This document shows positions 10,830 through 25,103 of a stretch of 64,000 bases of DNA, in pieces. This DNA comes from the human T2T-CHM13v2.0 reference genome, Homo sapiens. The stretch lies in assembly GCF_009914755.1 (NCBI RefSeq), contig NC_060947.1, one strand, 5' to 3'. The first letter of the stretch is position 1; each line of letters starts with the position of its first letter. Below the pieces are notes generated by a model that saw only the letters and a program-made list of their open reading frames with translations, searched no databases and was not told the origin of the DNA. The position numbers and the translations under genes are program-made.

Positions 10830-12750
10830 CCTCCTTATTGGCTACTCATGCCTCCCTTCACACCACCTACACTGCCCCCGTCGGCTCTGCTTTTTTCCCC
10901 ATCTTGCCTCCAAGTCCTCCCTCCGTCCCGCTGCACTATCTAGCCTCGGCATTGGCTCATCCCATACTAGTACTGTCCTTTGAGGTCTCTACGCCTTCAC
11001 CCTGGCTCCCTCATTGGCTATCCGCCAGCTCTCGTCCTCGCTCCCGCCTTCAGCCTCCACCTCCATTGGCTCGGCTCCCTACACACCCGCCTCTTGGTCT
11101 CCTTTTAGCCTTCGTATTGGCTAGCTCCACCTTGGCACCACCCCTTCGAAGCCGCAGTGCACGCTCACAAGCCTCCCCATTGGCTCGCTGCAGCCATTGT
11201 CGTCATCCCACGCGTGGCTCTCCATTGGCTGTTCTCTCTCTCTAGCTACCGTTCCACCGCCTACGCAACCCGCGGGATCTCCCACTTTTTGGGCCTCTGC
11301 GTTCGTTCCCGGCTGCCCTCATCGCCTGTAGCCATTCCACTTTTCCCACCGCCCACATGCCTCTCTCGCTCAGACTTCCGCATTAGCTGTCTGCTTCTGT
11401 TTTCTTCATCATGGATTTCGCACCACCCCCATTCCGGCCTCTCCATTGATTCCTCGATCATCCCGCCCCCTACACCGCCCACTCCCGGGCATCCCCATTG
11501 GCTGCGTGCTTCTCCGGCTCTCAATTCGCTGTACGTCATCCGTGCATGGCTGCCCATTGGCCCTCTGCAATACTTGTCTTCATCTCACCGCCTATGCCCC
11601 CGTGAGCCGTACCCCTCCGCGCTGGCCTTCCCATTGGCTGCCCGCCCCTTCAGGCCCTGCCCCCGCCGGTCCCGCCGCCGGTGCCGTCGGTGCCGCCGCC
11701 GCCGCCGATATGGCGCGTACGGCCCCTGTGGAGCCCCCGCTGCGGCATTCCGCGCCCCCCTCGCCGGCCGCGGGTGAGCCCCGCACCTCGGTCGAGGCGG
11801 CGGTGGCCCCGCGGAGGGTGCTGTTCGCCGACGAGGCCTTGGGGCTGCCGCTGGCGCAGTTGCGCCGCTACCGGCCGTGGGGCGGGCCCGGGGCGGGCAA
11901 GATGGCGGCGGCGGCCGGGCAAGATGGCGGCGGCGGCGGCGGGGCCGACGAGGACGACGATGGCGAGGATGGGGATGAAGGGGAGGAGGAAGAGGAGGCT
12001 TGCCCCGAGCCCTCACCGCTGTGCCCCGTCCCCGCTGGCGGGGGGTTTTACCTGGTCCCCACATTTTCGCTGCCGCCCGCGCCGGGCCGTCTGGAGCGCT
12101 TGGGGCGCGTCATGGTGGAGCTGGAGGCGCTGCTGCCGCCTCCCGGAGCGGTCCCCGGGGGTGCCGGGGTGTGGGTGCCTGGGGGCCGCCCGCCGGTGCT
12201 GCGCGGGTTGGTACGCGTGCTGAACCGCTCCTTCGAGAAGGCGGTGCACGTGCGGGCCTCACACGACGGCTGGGCTTCCTTTTGCGACCACCCAGCGCGC
12301 TACGTCCCGCGCAGCCCGCCGTGGGCAGGAGCGGGAGGAACAGGAGCAGGAGATCCCATCCTGGATCCGGGGCTCGGCCTGGGTCCCGGCCAGGCATCCG
12401 CCTCCTCGCCCGACGACGGCGGCCGCACCGACCGCTTTGCCTTCCAGCTGCCCTTTGCTGAGGGCGCGGGCGATGGGGCGCGCCTCGACTTCGTGGTGCG
12501 CTATGAGACCCCTGAGGGCACTTTCTGGGCCAACAACCACGGCCGCAACTACACAGTCCTGCTCCGGATCGCACCCGCTCCCACACCCACTGATGCCGAA
12601 GGGCTGCCCCAGCAGCAGCAGCTGCCGCAGCTGGAGCCACAGCCCGAGTGCCAGGGTCCCGTGGAGGCTGAGGCCAGGCAGCTGAAGAGCTGCATGAAGC
12701 CGGTGAGGCGCAGGTAATGTCAGCCAGCGCCACCTCCGCCAACGCAGGGC
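10830..12750. promoter_or_regulatory. PPP1R3F: CpG island / PPP1R3F promoter, head-to-head with FOXP3
   Basis: High CpG density spanning exon 1, GC boxes (CCCGCCCC) and ten ATTGG boxes between 10837 and 11637. Confidence 0.9.
11710..12713 (+). CDS. PPP1R3F: PPP1R3F exon 1 (PP1-binding RVxF motif, CBM21 glycogen-binding domain)
   Basis: [10 protein letters not shown]... with RVLF at residues 36-39 and CBM21 motifs [17 protein letters not shown] and [10 protein letters not shown]; donor CAG|GTAATG at 12714; 1004 nt. Confidence 0.97.
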
Positions 12751-12859
12751 TGTGTCTGGGATGGAGGACAAGCATTCCGGCCCAGGAACCCCTCAGGCCT
12801 GCTCTCCAGGACAGGGAGGAGGGTGCATTGAGTCAGTCAGTCAAAGAGTGATGGAGGTC

Positions 12860-13400
12860 AAACACGTGCTAGGCACTGTTTTAACTGGGGTTTTATTCCT
12901 CCATTTATTGAGTTCCACTGTAAAGCCCTGAACAAGACAGACATCTACCCTACCCTCAAGGATTCATACAGGCTCCTATGGGAGACAGTTTGAAAAAACA
13001 AGCAAGCAAGCAGATAGGATAAATAGGGACAAAGTTAGCTGCTGAAGGGAGTAAGGGGATAGATTGGGAGGGAATGACTGTGTCAGACATGCTGTTAAAG
13101 GGAGGGCCTTTGAGGAGGTGAGTCCCGAATGATGATAAAGAAGAGTTATGCAGATACGGTGGGGAGGTGGGGGAGAGTTTGTAGGAAAAGGAACAGGGAG
13201 GACTTTTCTGAGGAGGTTTCATTTAAACTAAGTCCTGGATGATGAATAACAGTTATGTGCATATATGGAACAAGGGTGTTCTAGGTAGAGGAAACAGCAA
13301 GTGCAAAGGTCCTGGGGTGGAAATGAGCTTGGTGTGAATGATCAGCAGTGTGCTGGAGTGGAGAGAACTGCAATGACATAGTGTGGACCAAGGGCTTTGC
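12860..13400. mobile_element. L2 fragment
   Basis: ttctaggtagaggaaacagcaagtgcaaaggtcctggggtgg. Confidence 0.65.
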
Positions 13401-14129
13401 CAGTGGGGGGTAGAGCAGATTCTCTTTCTGACAGAGCAGGAAACCAGGATTCCAGAGGTGGAGAAACTGGTTGAGGCAGTGATGGCACCTGGCTCTTCCA
13501 GTTCACCCATGCCTGACCTTGAAGCCTGTGCACTCTACTGTTAACGCTGTAATCTACTTTTGAGTCCTGTGGAGGCGAGGGGCTGAGCCCATGCTCTCAC
13601 AAGAAAGCAGTGGCTCTAGCAGAGAGACAGAACCAGATGGGTACTGGACTTGAAGTTTTTGTCCCTTGTTTTTTTGCCACACCACCTGTGATCATTTAGG
13701 GACAGGGAGAAATAATCAGTTATACCCCAGGGGGCCCCAGAAGATTTCCCTAGGTTTCCTCTATCAAGCTATGAGTTCTTTAAGGGCAGCAGCTAGTCCT
13801 GATTCTTTTTGCGGTCACCTAAGTCTGGCCCAGGATCACTAGATTCTCCCTAAAATGTATACATTTCCCTGTTCCTGGGAGGACTGGGAATGGAAATGGG
13901 AAAATGCTTTTTGGACCTTGTATGTATACGCTTGGTCAGAAGCCCCTGGCTGCAGTAAGACATTTGTGGGTTCTGCTGGTTCTGGTAAGGCCTTAGGCTG
14001 TGAGTGGTTCAGAAAGGTCTAGCTCCGGTCTGGTGGGCAGATGTGCCTGGGTAACTGAGCAGGCAGGCAGGTACCCACTCACCCACCTGTGAGCCCCACC
14101 ATAATCTGAGACTTCATTTAAAGGGGGCA

Positions 14130-14370
14130 GGCAGCATGGTTTTTCTTACAGCATTAAGAGTGTGGATTCTGGCATAGATTGCCTGGGTTCAAATCCTGGC
14201 GCTGCCACTTACTGGCCTTGTGACCTTGGCCAACGCATTTAACTACACCATGCCTCAGGACCCTCACCTGTAAAACAGAATTATAGCATCTACTTTACGG
14301 GATAAGAGTAAAGGTGCTCAGAACCGAGTCTGGCTCAAAGTAGTATCATACAGGTGTTAGCTAGTGTCAG
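14130..14370 (+). mobile_element. MIR SINE
   Basis: gcctgggttcaaatcctggc...tgtgaccttggc...cctcacctgtaaaa. Confidence 0.75.
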
Positions 14371-16099
14371 TATTTAGGGAGCCACACCTACAGTTTCCTG
14401 GATTCCTCTCCTAAATTCGGCTCCGCCCATCAGCTGTGTGGCCTTGCCTCCGTTTCCTTCTCTGCTAAGGGAAATGACAGTCACTTTGCATGGTTGGATT
14501 GAATGCAGCAAACATGGGCAAGGTAACTGAAGCATGGTGGTAACTGCAAAAGATAACTGGCCAGCATTTACTGATTTCTGTGCTATGAACATCAGATCCA
14601 TTCTCTCCGTGAGGCCTGCTGTGCATGCTGTGTTGTGTAGGTGCTATGATTATCCCCATTTAGTAGAGGGGAGACAGGTAGCTCAGAGAGATGAGCCAGC
14701 TTGCTCAAAGCCTCTCAGCTAGTGAGTGACAGGGCCAGGGAAGAAATGCTAGGGACATTTATTTTTTTCTATTTTTTTTTTTTTAAACTGGTCCTCTAGA
14801 AAGCGTGGCATGATTCAGGGCAAATTCTGGATTTCACTCTTGGTGTTCCCAGCATGTCGTGCTTTCCTTTTACCTTTTTTTTTTTTTTTGCTTTATCGAG
14901 GTATACCTACATAAAGTGTACTGATATTCTGTGTATAGCCCAGTGGATTTGTACATATGTATGCACTTGTGTAGCCACCACCCAGATGAAGATACTGAGC
15001 AGGTCCAGTACCCCAGAGCTACCTTCATTTCTATCACTTTCCCAAGCTGTCATCCCCGCCGGCTGTCATGGGAACCCTGTCTGTAAGATGCGACAGTTTG
15101 GGTAAAGGAGTTTGGTCATTTTAAAGAGTGTGAAAGGCAGAGAACAGAGAAATCAAAACCTTGCAGGGCCAAGGTGGGTGGAGAGGGTGTTTTTCTTTTA
15201 ACATACATGGGCGGTTTTAAGGAGAAATTGAAGCAGCCTGTTCAGACAATTGTTTTGGTATCTGGCCCCAGGTCTGTGGTTCCTAACATGACTTGTGATA
15301 TTATTTTAAGTGGGCAGATGGCTTTTTGATAGCTTCTTTATCTTTCGATCTCAGCTCTTGCAAAGGGGAGGTTGGTGCTCATTGCAAGATCAGCGATAAG
15401 GGTTTCTTTGTAGGTCGGTGGCTTTCTTGGTGAGTACATTTCAACATATTATTGTTTTAGAACCTGTGTGCTGCCAGTGACTTGCAGCACTGTTGAAGAC
15501 TAGCCACCCTTTGTGACCTAGCCCTCTTGGGAAATGGCGGAGGATCTCAGGGTATATCCCTTACCTGTGGGAGCCCTATCAGAGGGCTTCCTGTTGAGGA
15601 AATGTTGGCTGTAGGCCCTCTGTGCACTGAGCACAGCCACATCAGGTGAGGGCATGGGAGAAGTCCGTGGTAGCCATCAGGATAGAGTTCAGAAACCCAA
15701 ATGGCTGCTTTCCCTGGGTTGCTGGACCAGGCATTTGGTAACTCTAAAGCTTAGAGATGATTCATCGACAAGCATTTATTGACTGCCTACTGTGTGCTGG
15801 GCACAGTGCTAGGTTCCAGCAGGGAAAGAGATGCAGAGTGGTCCTAAGATGTCACAGGGCTTGTGGGATGGAGTACAGAGGATTTGTTGTATGAGACCTG
15901 GCTGAGCCCCTGCTCTTCGCCAGGCACTTCACTGAGTACTATATTTTCATGCAAGGTCTGGTTTAATTCCGACAACATTCCCTGTGAAGTAGAGGGTTTT
16001 AAATTTCTCTTTCCTGGATGAGCAAACTGAGGCTCCCAGAGTCCAAAGTCCTAGGGCTGGTGTGGGGAAAAGCCCTCCTGATCTTCCTTGGCACTTGAC

Positions 16100-17610
16100 A
16101 CTACCCTTTGGAAGTGTCCTATTCTTCTTAAAAGTAAAGACCAAGAGAGCCTCACCATGGTCTTCAAGCACCCTCCCATCCCATTCCCCAATCTGGCCTC
16201 CACTGGCTTATAGTCTTAACACCAGTGGTCTTTCTGAGCTCCTGTCACCATGGTCTTTCTGTTACTCCAAAGGGCCTCGCTCCTTTCTGCTGCAGGGCCT
16301 TTGCCCCTGCTGTTTCCTTCACCAGGAACATTTATCCCGTACCCCTTGCAGTCTCCTCCAGTGTTGATCCCTCAGTTCTAAGAGGACTTCCCCAGGGGAG
16401 CCTGTCCACCCCAGTGTCCTCGGGCCCCTGGCTTTTTCATAGCACTCATCAGCCCAGCACGTGCTAAGCTTTGTTAGAGAATGTCCCATGGCAGAGCAGA
16501 TGAACATCGCCACCAGTCGAGGGGTCATCGGCCACCCTGCCTAGCAGTTCTACTATATTTTTTTGATCCACTCGTTTCTCCTCTGAAGTGACTCTTTCAA
16601 ATGTTCTTTACCTTCAGACTTTCTCTCCTGCTTCAAAAAACAAAACAGAAGCCATAAGAATGGAACTCCCTATAACTTGCGGCCCCCAAGTCTGCACGCT
16701 GATTTCCCTCCCCTGTGTTACAGATGACGAGGAGTCCCTTCTTGCTCAGGCCACTTCTCCCTCCTGTGCTCTGGGTCCCAGTTTCTGCTACTTGCTCTAG
16801 AATCTGACATCATCAGTCACCTTTTCTCTCCTGGCAGGTTTTCTGCTGCCCTCCTTGCTTGATCCTCTATTCACCTTTGCCTGTGCCAGCATCCCTTCTG
16901 TCTCCGCTGACCCCACGTTCTCTCCCTCCTGCTTCTGGCCAGCACCTCATCACCCTCCCCTTCACTGCTGACCCCTGCAGAGTTGCCTGTACTTGCCTTC
17001 TGCACTTGCTCACCCCCGTAAGTGTTAGCCCCCGGCATCTGCCAGATTCTGCAGGTGGTTTTTTAGTTTTCCTCTTGAAGTGGTTGACCACTCCTACTTA
17101 AAACACTTTGTCTTCCCTTGCCTTGAGACCACACTCTGCTGGTTTTCCTCTTAACTCTCTGGCCCTTCTCTTTCTCCTGGCTCTTCCCTTAGCTTCATGT
17201 ATCCAAACTCGGCATCTCCACTTGACTGATGGCCCAAATAATTCCTCAAACTCACCTTGTCGGGGACTGCATTCATCACCTCTCCCACAGTGTTCCCAAG
17301 CAGCCTCTCACTCCCCTACCTCCCCACTTGCTCGTTTTGCTTTTCAGCATCCTTAAGTAAGCCCTGCCTGACCCTGTAGATTGGGCCAGGGACCCTTATT
17401 CTAGGGCATTCTTTCCTTTTCTAAAGGCACTGATCGCAGTTTGTAGTTATATCTTTATTAGGGGGTTGCTGGATGACTCTCTGCCCCGCTAGACTGTAAG
17501 CTCCGTGAGGGGTAGGGACATGGTCTGCTTTCATTCACCACTGTATTCCTGCAGGCCTGCCACAGTGCCTGGCACTTAGCAGGTGCTCAATAAATGTTTG
17601 TTGAAATAAT
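16100..17610. mobile_element. Degenerate L2 fragments including an L2 3' end
   Basis: ctagactgtaagctccgtgagg...cagtgcctggcacttagcaggtgctcaataaatgtttgttgaa. Confidence 0.6.
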
Positions 17611-18109
17611 GAGTTTGAGTATTTTTTTAATGTCTTCCTCCATACTGAATTGTAAGCTTCCTAGTTGGGTTTGCTCACCATGGTGTCTCCAGGATCCGTC
17701 ACTGGGGCTGATGCACAGGAAGGCCCACTGTCTTTCAGTGCACCTATAACTGAAGGGATGGGGATCCAACCTGCTATCTGAGTTGGCAGCCTCAGGGGAA
17801 ACCAGAATAACTGGAGTTGAACGGGACAAGTCAGGGGCATCTTAGTTTTCTGTAGAGTGAGGAATTAATGTGAACGTGATCCTCTTTTATGCCACAGAAA
17901 ACTTGGTAGGGCATTATGGTTAAGGACATGGGCCTGAGGCCACGTGCTAAGAAAGTGGCAGAGCTGGGATCTGAGCCTGTGTGGTCCTGCTCTAGTGCTC
18001 CAGCTCTTAGCTACTGTACCAGGCTGGGTGATGCATTTTACCAGCAGGGCAACACTGGGCAAGTTGCTTTCCTTTCAGAGCTTCAGTTTCCCTCAATGGA
18101 AATTTGGAG

Positions 18110-18310
18110 GGGGTTACTGTTAAGTGCTTTATAGGTACTTTTCAAATATTTCTTTGATCTGCTGAACAACTCACTGATGTAGGTATTATTATCCCCTCCT
18201 TAGAGATGAGGTAACTGAGGCACAGAGAGGTTAAGTAACTTGCCCCAGGTCACACAGCTGATAGGTGGCAGAGCTGGAATTGTTCAAAATTGCATATCCT
18301 AACCCTTTAT
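18110..18310 (-). mobile_element. MIR SINE, followed by a probable hAT-Charlie-type fragment to about 18540
   Basis: gatgaggtaactgaggcacagagaggttaagtaacttgccccaggtcacacagct. Confidence 0.7.
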
Positions 18311-20948
18311 TGAGTTGTGAAATCAATTTACTGGGTTTCAACAAGCATTAAAAAGAAAAAGGAAATAGCATAAGAAATGCCAGTGTATCACCACATGCAG
18401 TAAAGGTAAGTATTGTTTCACTCGAAGAACAACCATTTTTCAGTTATTTATATGTCTGTTTACACGTGTGGGTGTGCTGGGTTATGATGTAGAATGGATT
18501 TCTTACTATGGGTCGTGGCCAAAGAATGAAGTCATGGCTGTTGAAGAAGCTCATGGCACGAGAAACTGCTCTCCCTCTACCCCACTGGATCACCCGCAAG
18601 TCCCAGAGTTGAGGCTGACACACTTGTTGGGGAAGGCAAAGCAGTGCCCCACATAACTTGGTGGCTTTCACAGCCACCTTCAAACCCTGTTCTTTTCAGA
18701 AAGCAGATGGCTCAGGGTAACTGCAATTCTGAGTATCGTGGGGCAGGTTTCTGAAGCCACTCATCCCCCCGGAAAGTCAGCGTTATCTTCAGGTTGACTA
18801 CATGGGAGCCGGGGTCTGCTGAGTTTCCCTTTGGGTTTCAGTGCCTGACCCACTTTGGGCTGGCAAAATTCTTTGAAAACATGAATGCTGGGGGTGCTCC
18901 AGAGGACTCGGGTGGTGGTGGCAATGGCAGTCTGTGACTGCTCTGAAAGTCTGCTTTGCTTTTCTCCACAGGGCTTGTCAGCCCTCACCCGCTCGCTTAC
19001 TCTGTGACTGGCGAATCACCTTTCTTGGCTTTCTTGGCTGGCCTAGGCCGGGGCCAACACCACCTCTTTCCAAATCCTCACCCTCTGGTCTCCTCGGGGC
19101 CTATCAGCTTGGCAGCCATTGTGTTTCCTGATGGCCGGAGGAATTTGCACGCCCAGGAGACTGGCGTGCAGGCCTGAGATGGCCCCTTTTAGTCGACACC
19201 AGCTTGACTAGTGCTCACTAGCACCCAAATGATGCATGTCCAAGATTTTCCAGATCTGTGTGCCCTGGCCCCTATGGCTCACTGCCCTTGAGGGGATGCC
19301 ACGTGGTACTTGTGGGGCTGGTGCCAAAAGAACAGGTTTCCTTCTTGAAAACGAGCAGGCATACTGCAGGTACAGTTTTGTTCTTAATCTTCTCCCTCCC
19401 CATTTTTCTAAGAACCCCTCTTCTCTGTTACCGATCAGTGAGTCAGTATACATTTGTACTTGATTTCTCTTACTATCCTCATGTTGATTGAAGTCATAGC
19501 TGCCCTTGAGTTTTTACTGTGAAAGACGGTTCAAAGATAACTTGTTTCTTTTTAAGCCCACAATTTCAAACTCTCTTCAAAGTGGAGCCCTCCTGGAGTG
19601 TTTGTTACCAGCGTGGTTGTGTAGTCAGTGAGTGTAGAGATGCAGTTCCTTGAGTTTTAGTTTTTGCATTTGTAAAAAGGAAGGGTGTTGTTTTGAAGGA
19701 TAGATGTGAAGGTTTTCAAATGCCTTGGTGTGTCAATGAGAGGGGCCCATGGTGGAGGAGGTGAACAATACATGCTTGTGCTTTCTGCTTTCATATCTGA
19801 CTTTGGAGAACGACTTGTTTGCTTCTGTCGATGTTGTGGATCTTGGGATTGGCTCAATGGCGTGACCTGCTTTTTGGATGTTCTCGCCCTCCTCAGCCAT
19901 GGAAAGGGTGCTCTGGGGGCTGAAGGATTGATTGTGTATTTGTTTTTCTTTCTCCTTCCTCCAACTGAATTGTGGAGTCCTTTACCTGCTGGCTAGCTGA
20001 TTCCTGAGTGTTCTCCTTTTTCTGTCTCACATCTATGACTGCAGTGGCTTTTAGAAGCCTGTTTGTAATATATGTCCGGACTAGGCCAGATGGAGGAGAA
20101 GGCTTGCCTGCTACTGCGCACAGGTGGGAGGGCTGGCTTTCTGTCTGTCTGTGGGCCTTCTTGAAGAGGCTTGGTTTAGAAGATCCTAGGAGGAGGATGT
20201 TTTCTGTCATGAAGGACTATGGTAACAAAAAGAAGTAAGTTAGTGCAGCCTGGCAGAAATTGTGTTGAAACAAAAGTCCAAAGACCTGGATTTTAGGACC
20301 ACGGAGGGGATTGGTGTGAGACCAAGCTGGTTTGCTCTGAATCTCTCTTTCTCATCTGTGATGTGTGGGAGGTGGCAGCTGGGCTCCCAGAGTCACCCAC
20401 CCTAGGCCCTGTAGTATTCTGATTCAAGTACCTCTGGTGGGATTTGTGAGTCCTAGACAGTAGAGAAAGACAGACGGTCCCTTCTAGACTCTAGATCCGT
20501 ATATATGGTTCAAATGTTCTCCCCGAGGGTGTTTATAGAAAGCAGTTCTTGCAGCCATTCTGTGTCTAGTGGCCTCCTAGCCACGCATGTCCCAGGCCCA
20601 TGGAGGTAGGGAAATGGGGAATGAATATGTGGGCAAAGGCAGGTCCAAAGAAAAGCCTGCATGAAGGAGGAGGGAGGGATCTTGTCTAGTATTGATGCCT
20701 CCCTCTATCTACTTCTAGAAAGGATGGAGATGGGTTGGGTAAGACCCCAGTCTCCCTCATCCAAGAAGCAGCAGCTGACTGGGTAAGAGCCAAAAGGCCT
20801 GGGTTGTGATGTGAAGTGTATGACCTTGAGCCATTTACTCAGCCTCTGTTTTATCCTCTGTAAAATGGAGACAATAGTACTGCCTGCTTCAGAGGATTAC
20901 AAGTACCTGTCTCATAGGGTGATTGTGAGGATTGAATTAACACATGTT

Positions 20949-21130
20949 GCCCAGGCACCGTGGCTCATGCCTGTAGTACTAGGACTTCGGGAGGCTGAGA
21001 TGGGAGGATCGCTTGAGTCCAGGAGTTCACGACCAGCCTGGTCAACGTAGGAAGACCCCATCTCTAAAAACAAAATACAAAAAAACAAAAACAAAAACCA
21101 AAAAACCCCAAAAACTTCTTTAAAAAAATG
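20949..21130 (+). mobile_element. Alu monomer (FLAM-like) inserted in a MIR
   Basis: Left-monomer text plus A-rich tail, flanked by MIR sequence. Confidence 0.75.
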
Positions 21131-21238
21131 TGAAGCACTTAGAACAGTGTGTAATGCCATAGTAGGTACTATGTATGGGTCAGATGGTGATACTCGTTTC
21201 TGTGAAGGTAATTGGTTATGGGTTTTCAAAAAGTTTCA

Positions 21239-21538
<300 letters not shown>

Positions 21539-21998
21539 TCAACCATTGTCAGAAGTATCAAGAATGTCACATTGCCTCTTAGGAAGAAAAAGGTGTGGGC
21601 ATTCGCCCCAGCTCCTCTCAGGTTTTAGTCAATGCTTCCCTCATTTACCTTAATCTGTAGACACTTGATACTCATTTTCAGAATAAGAACAGTGACTTCT
21701 CCATGATGAGATGCCACTCCTGGGAGGACCCACCTGAAATGCACTCGGCTTATGCCACTCAGGGATCTGACTGGCCTGGTGAAGGAGGAGCAAGACCCAT
21801 AAATATCTACAGTTGATTCAATCCCAGCTGTGTGTCAGGCCCTGATTTCTGGCTGTCCATCCTCATTCCTCTTGACTGCCCTGTGCTTAGTGCACATCCT
21901 GACTCCCCGGGGCTCTGTTTTATGAGTGAGGAGGTGAAGCGACCTGCCAGGCTGATACGGGGACGAGAGGGTTAGCATAGGGACCCAGGCCTCTGTGA

Positions 21999-22737
<739 letters not shown>

Positions 22738-23262
22738 TAGCCAGGAATGTATCCTAAAGAAATGATACAAGTGTCGATAAAACTATGCCCAATGCTGTTT
22801 GCTGGTTTGCTTTGCAACCTCTAAATGAAAGAACTTAGCTGCTCAGTAGGAAGGGAATGGTATGATATGAGTATTAAGCAGCCATTTGAAATGTTTGCAA
22901 AAGTGTATAATGATGTTTCTTACTGTTAAATGGACAAAGCTAGCTGTGAAATTATGTCTGTAGAATCTAAATGATTTCGTAGAATATCTGGAAGGAAATT
23001 TTCCAGAATGGTAACAGTAGTTGTCTCTGGCTGATGTGTGATTGTTTTTCTTGCTTCTTTAGACTTTCCTGTATTTTGCGAATTTTCTATAATGAGGCTG
23101 TAGGACTTTTAGGATGAGGGGATAAACAAAGGCAGCAGAAGAGAAAACAGCAGCTGTCAGGTGAAGGTGGGCTAGCACAGAGGCTCAGAAGGTGCCAGTG
23201 GGTGGCAGAAGTGACCTCTCAGGGTATTATTAGATCCATGTACTCTCTCCTCTGCCCTGCAG

Positions 23263-23318
23263 GCCTGCCGAGGAGGAACTGAAGACGAAGAACATGGATG
23301 ATAACACCTTTGCCATGG
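23263..23318 (+). CDS. PPP1R3F: PPP1R3F exon 2
   Basis: Acceptor ctctgccctgcag, donor TGG|GTAAGC; 56 nt encoding (R)PAEEELKTKNMDDNTFAM, in frame with exon 1. Confidence 0.93.
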
Positions 23319-23404
23319 GTAAGCAATTGGCAAGCTTCGGAAGTTTTAGCTTGTATTTACCATGTCTTTCTTCCTACTGTTTTTCTTTCTATAAAAATGA
23401 AAAA

Positions 23405-23692
<288 letters not shown>

Positions 23693-23836
23693 ATGAAGGG
23701 GTACCCTCTGCTTTAGATTGTCACAGAAAGCTTCAGAGGCAAAACTGCCAGTTGGCTAGGATGGCAGATTTTCTTAACAAAACCATACCTACTTGTATGC
23801 CTGTCTTGCCCAATGCTGCCTTTCTCTTCCCTCTAG

Positions 23837-23919
23837 CAGAGCATCCTGATGTCCAGGAGTCAGTGGGTCCACTGGTAGCCCCCACCCCTCTCCGTCCATG
23901 GCCCCAGATGACACTTCAG
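23837..23919 (+). CDS. PPP1R3F: PPP1R3F exon 3
   Basis: Acceptor tttctcttccctctag (tandem TAGCAG), donor CAG|GTAAGT; encodes [28 protein letters not shown]; brings the CDS to 381 codons. Confidence 0.93.
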
Positions 23920-24295
23920 GTAAGTGGGTCCTTGCAGCCTTGGAGTAGACAGCCCAATAGGAGGCTCACAGTGTGACTATTGCTGGGCTGGGTGGTGGGG
24001 CCCACTAGCTCTGGGTCCTCCCTGGGTTGGAGGGAGGGCACAAAACTCAGAACCTGATGGGGGAGGGGGAGAATGCAGTTACTCAGCTGGGCTTGTAGAA
24101 ATGTCATTTGTTAATTTAGCAAAAATTTATGGAGTGCTTGTTCTGTGCTAAGCACTGTTACAAACATGCAAAAACGCTCTTTGAGGGGGCTTATGTGTTA
24201 GTAGGGTGAGACATGATAAAGTAATAGAATATATGGTACTTTAGGTGATGATGAGTGATAAGGAAAAATAGAAAGGAATAGGGAGTGGGTGAGAG

Positions 24296-24299
<4 letters not shown>

Positions 24300-24344
<45 letters not shown>
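24300..24344. repeat. (TG)n microsatellite within L2 sequence; a second (TG)n at about 24856-24884
   Basis: Direct reading. Confidence 0.9.
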
Positions 24345-24345
<1 letters not shown>

Positions 24346-24852
24346 GTGGGCGGGGGTCGGTTGCAACTTTAGATTGGGTGGCCTGGGAAGGCTTTAGTGA
24401 TTAGTGAGATCTGAGCGAAGATCTGAGGAAGGTGAGAGAGTGAGCCACGTGGATAACTAAGGGAAGAACATCCCAGGCGAGTGTGAAGTTCCTGAGGTGA
24501 GGCCATGACTAACGTGTGTGAGGGACAGTGTAGAAGCCAGCGCAGCAGGGGCAGAACGAGGGAGGGGGAGAGTGGTGCGGGGTGAGGGAGAGAGGTGGCT
24601 GAGGACAGATTGGGTGGTGCCTCACAGGCCATGGTGAAGACTTTGGCTTTTACTCCGAGTGAGGGGGAGCCGCAAGAGCATTGTGGACGGAGGAGGGATG
24701 TAATCTGATTTAGGATTTAACAGGCTCCCTCTGGCTGCTGCTTGGAAAATAGACGTCAGAGTAAGGGTGGAAACAGGCGACTCGTGAAGGGGAGGCCACT
24801 GCAGTGGTCCAGGCGAGAGTGATGGTAGGTAGGGGAGGTAGAGACATTTTGG

Positions 24853-24886
<34 letters not shown>

Positions 24887-25103
24887 CTTTTTAATTACAA
24901 AAAGTTTCAAACATACAAAAGTAAAATAGTATAATGAACCTACGTACACCATCCCCCAGCTTCAGTAAATATCAACACGTGCTCATTCTTATTTTATCTG
25001 TACCCCGTCTCCTCCCTCCCATTCCCTCTGGAATTATTTTGGAAGACATCCAGACATCATCCCATCCATAAATACTTCTGTTTGTATCTCAGAAAATTAA
25101 GAA

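Noticed and set aside
11446-11709. 88-codon in-frame extension upstream of the PPP1R3F ATG
   Set aside because: The ORF call starts at a non-ATG codon in promoter DNA, there is no in-frame ATG, and the exon sum from 11710 already gives the expected 799 aa.
11157-12775. Many overlapping 150-220 aa ORFs on both strands
   Set aside because: Expected stop-codon scarcity in a CpG island; Arg/Pro/Ala-rich with no recognisable domain.
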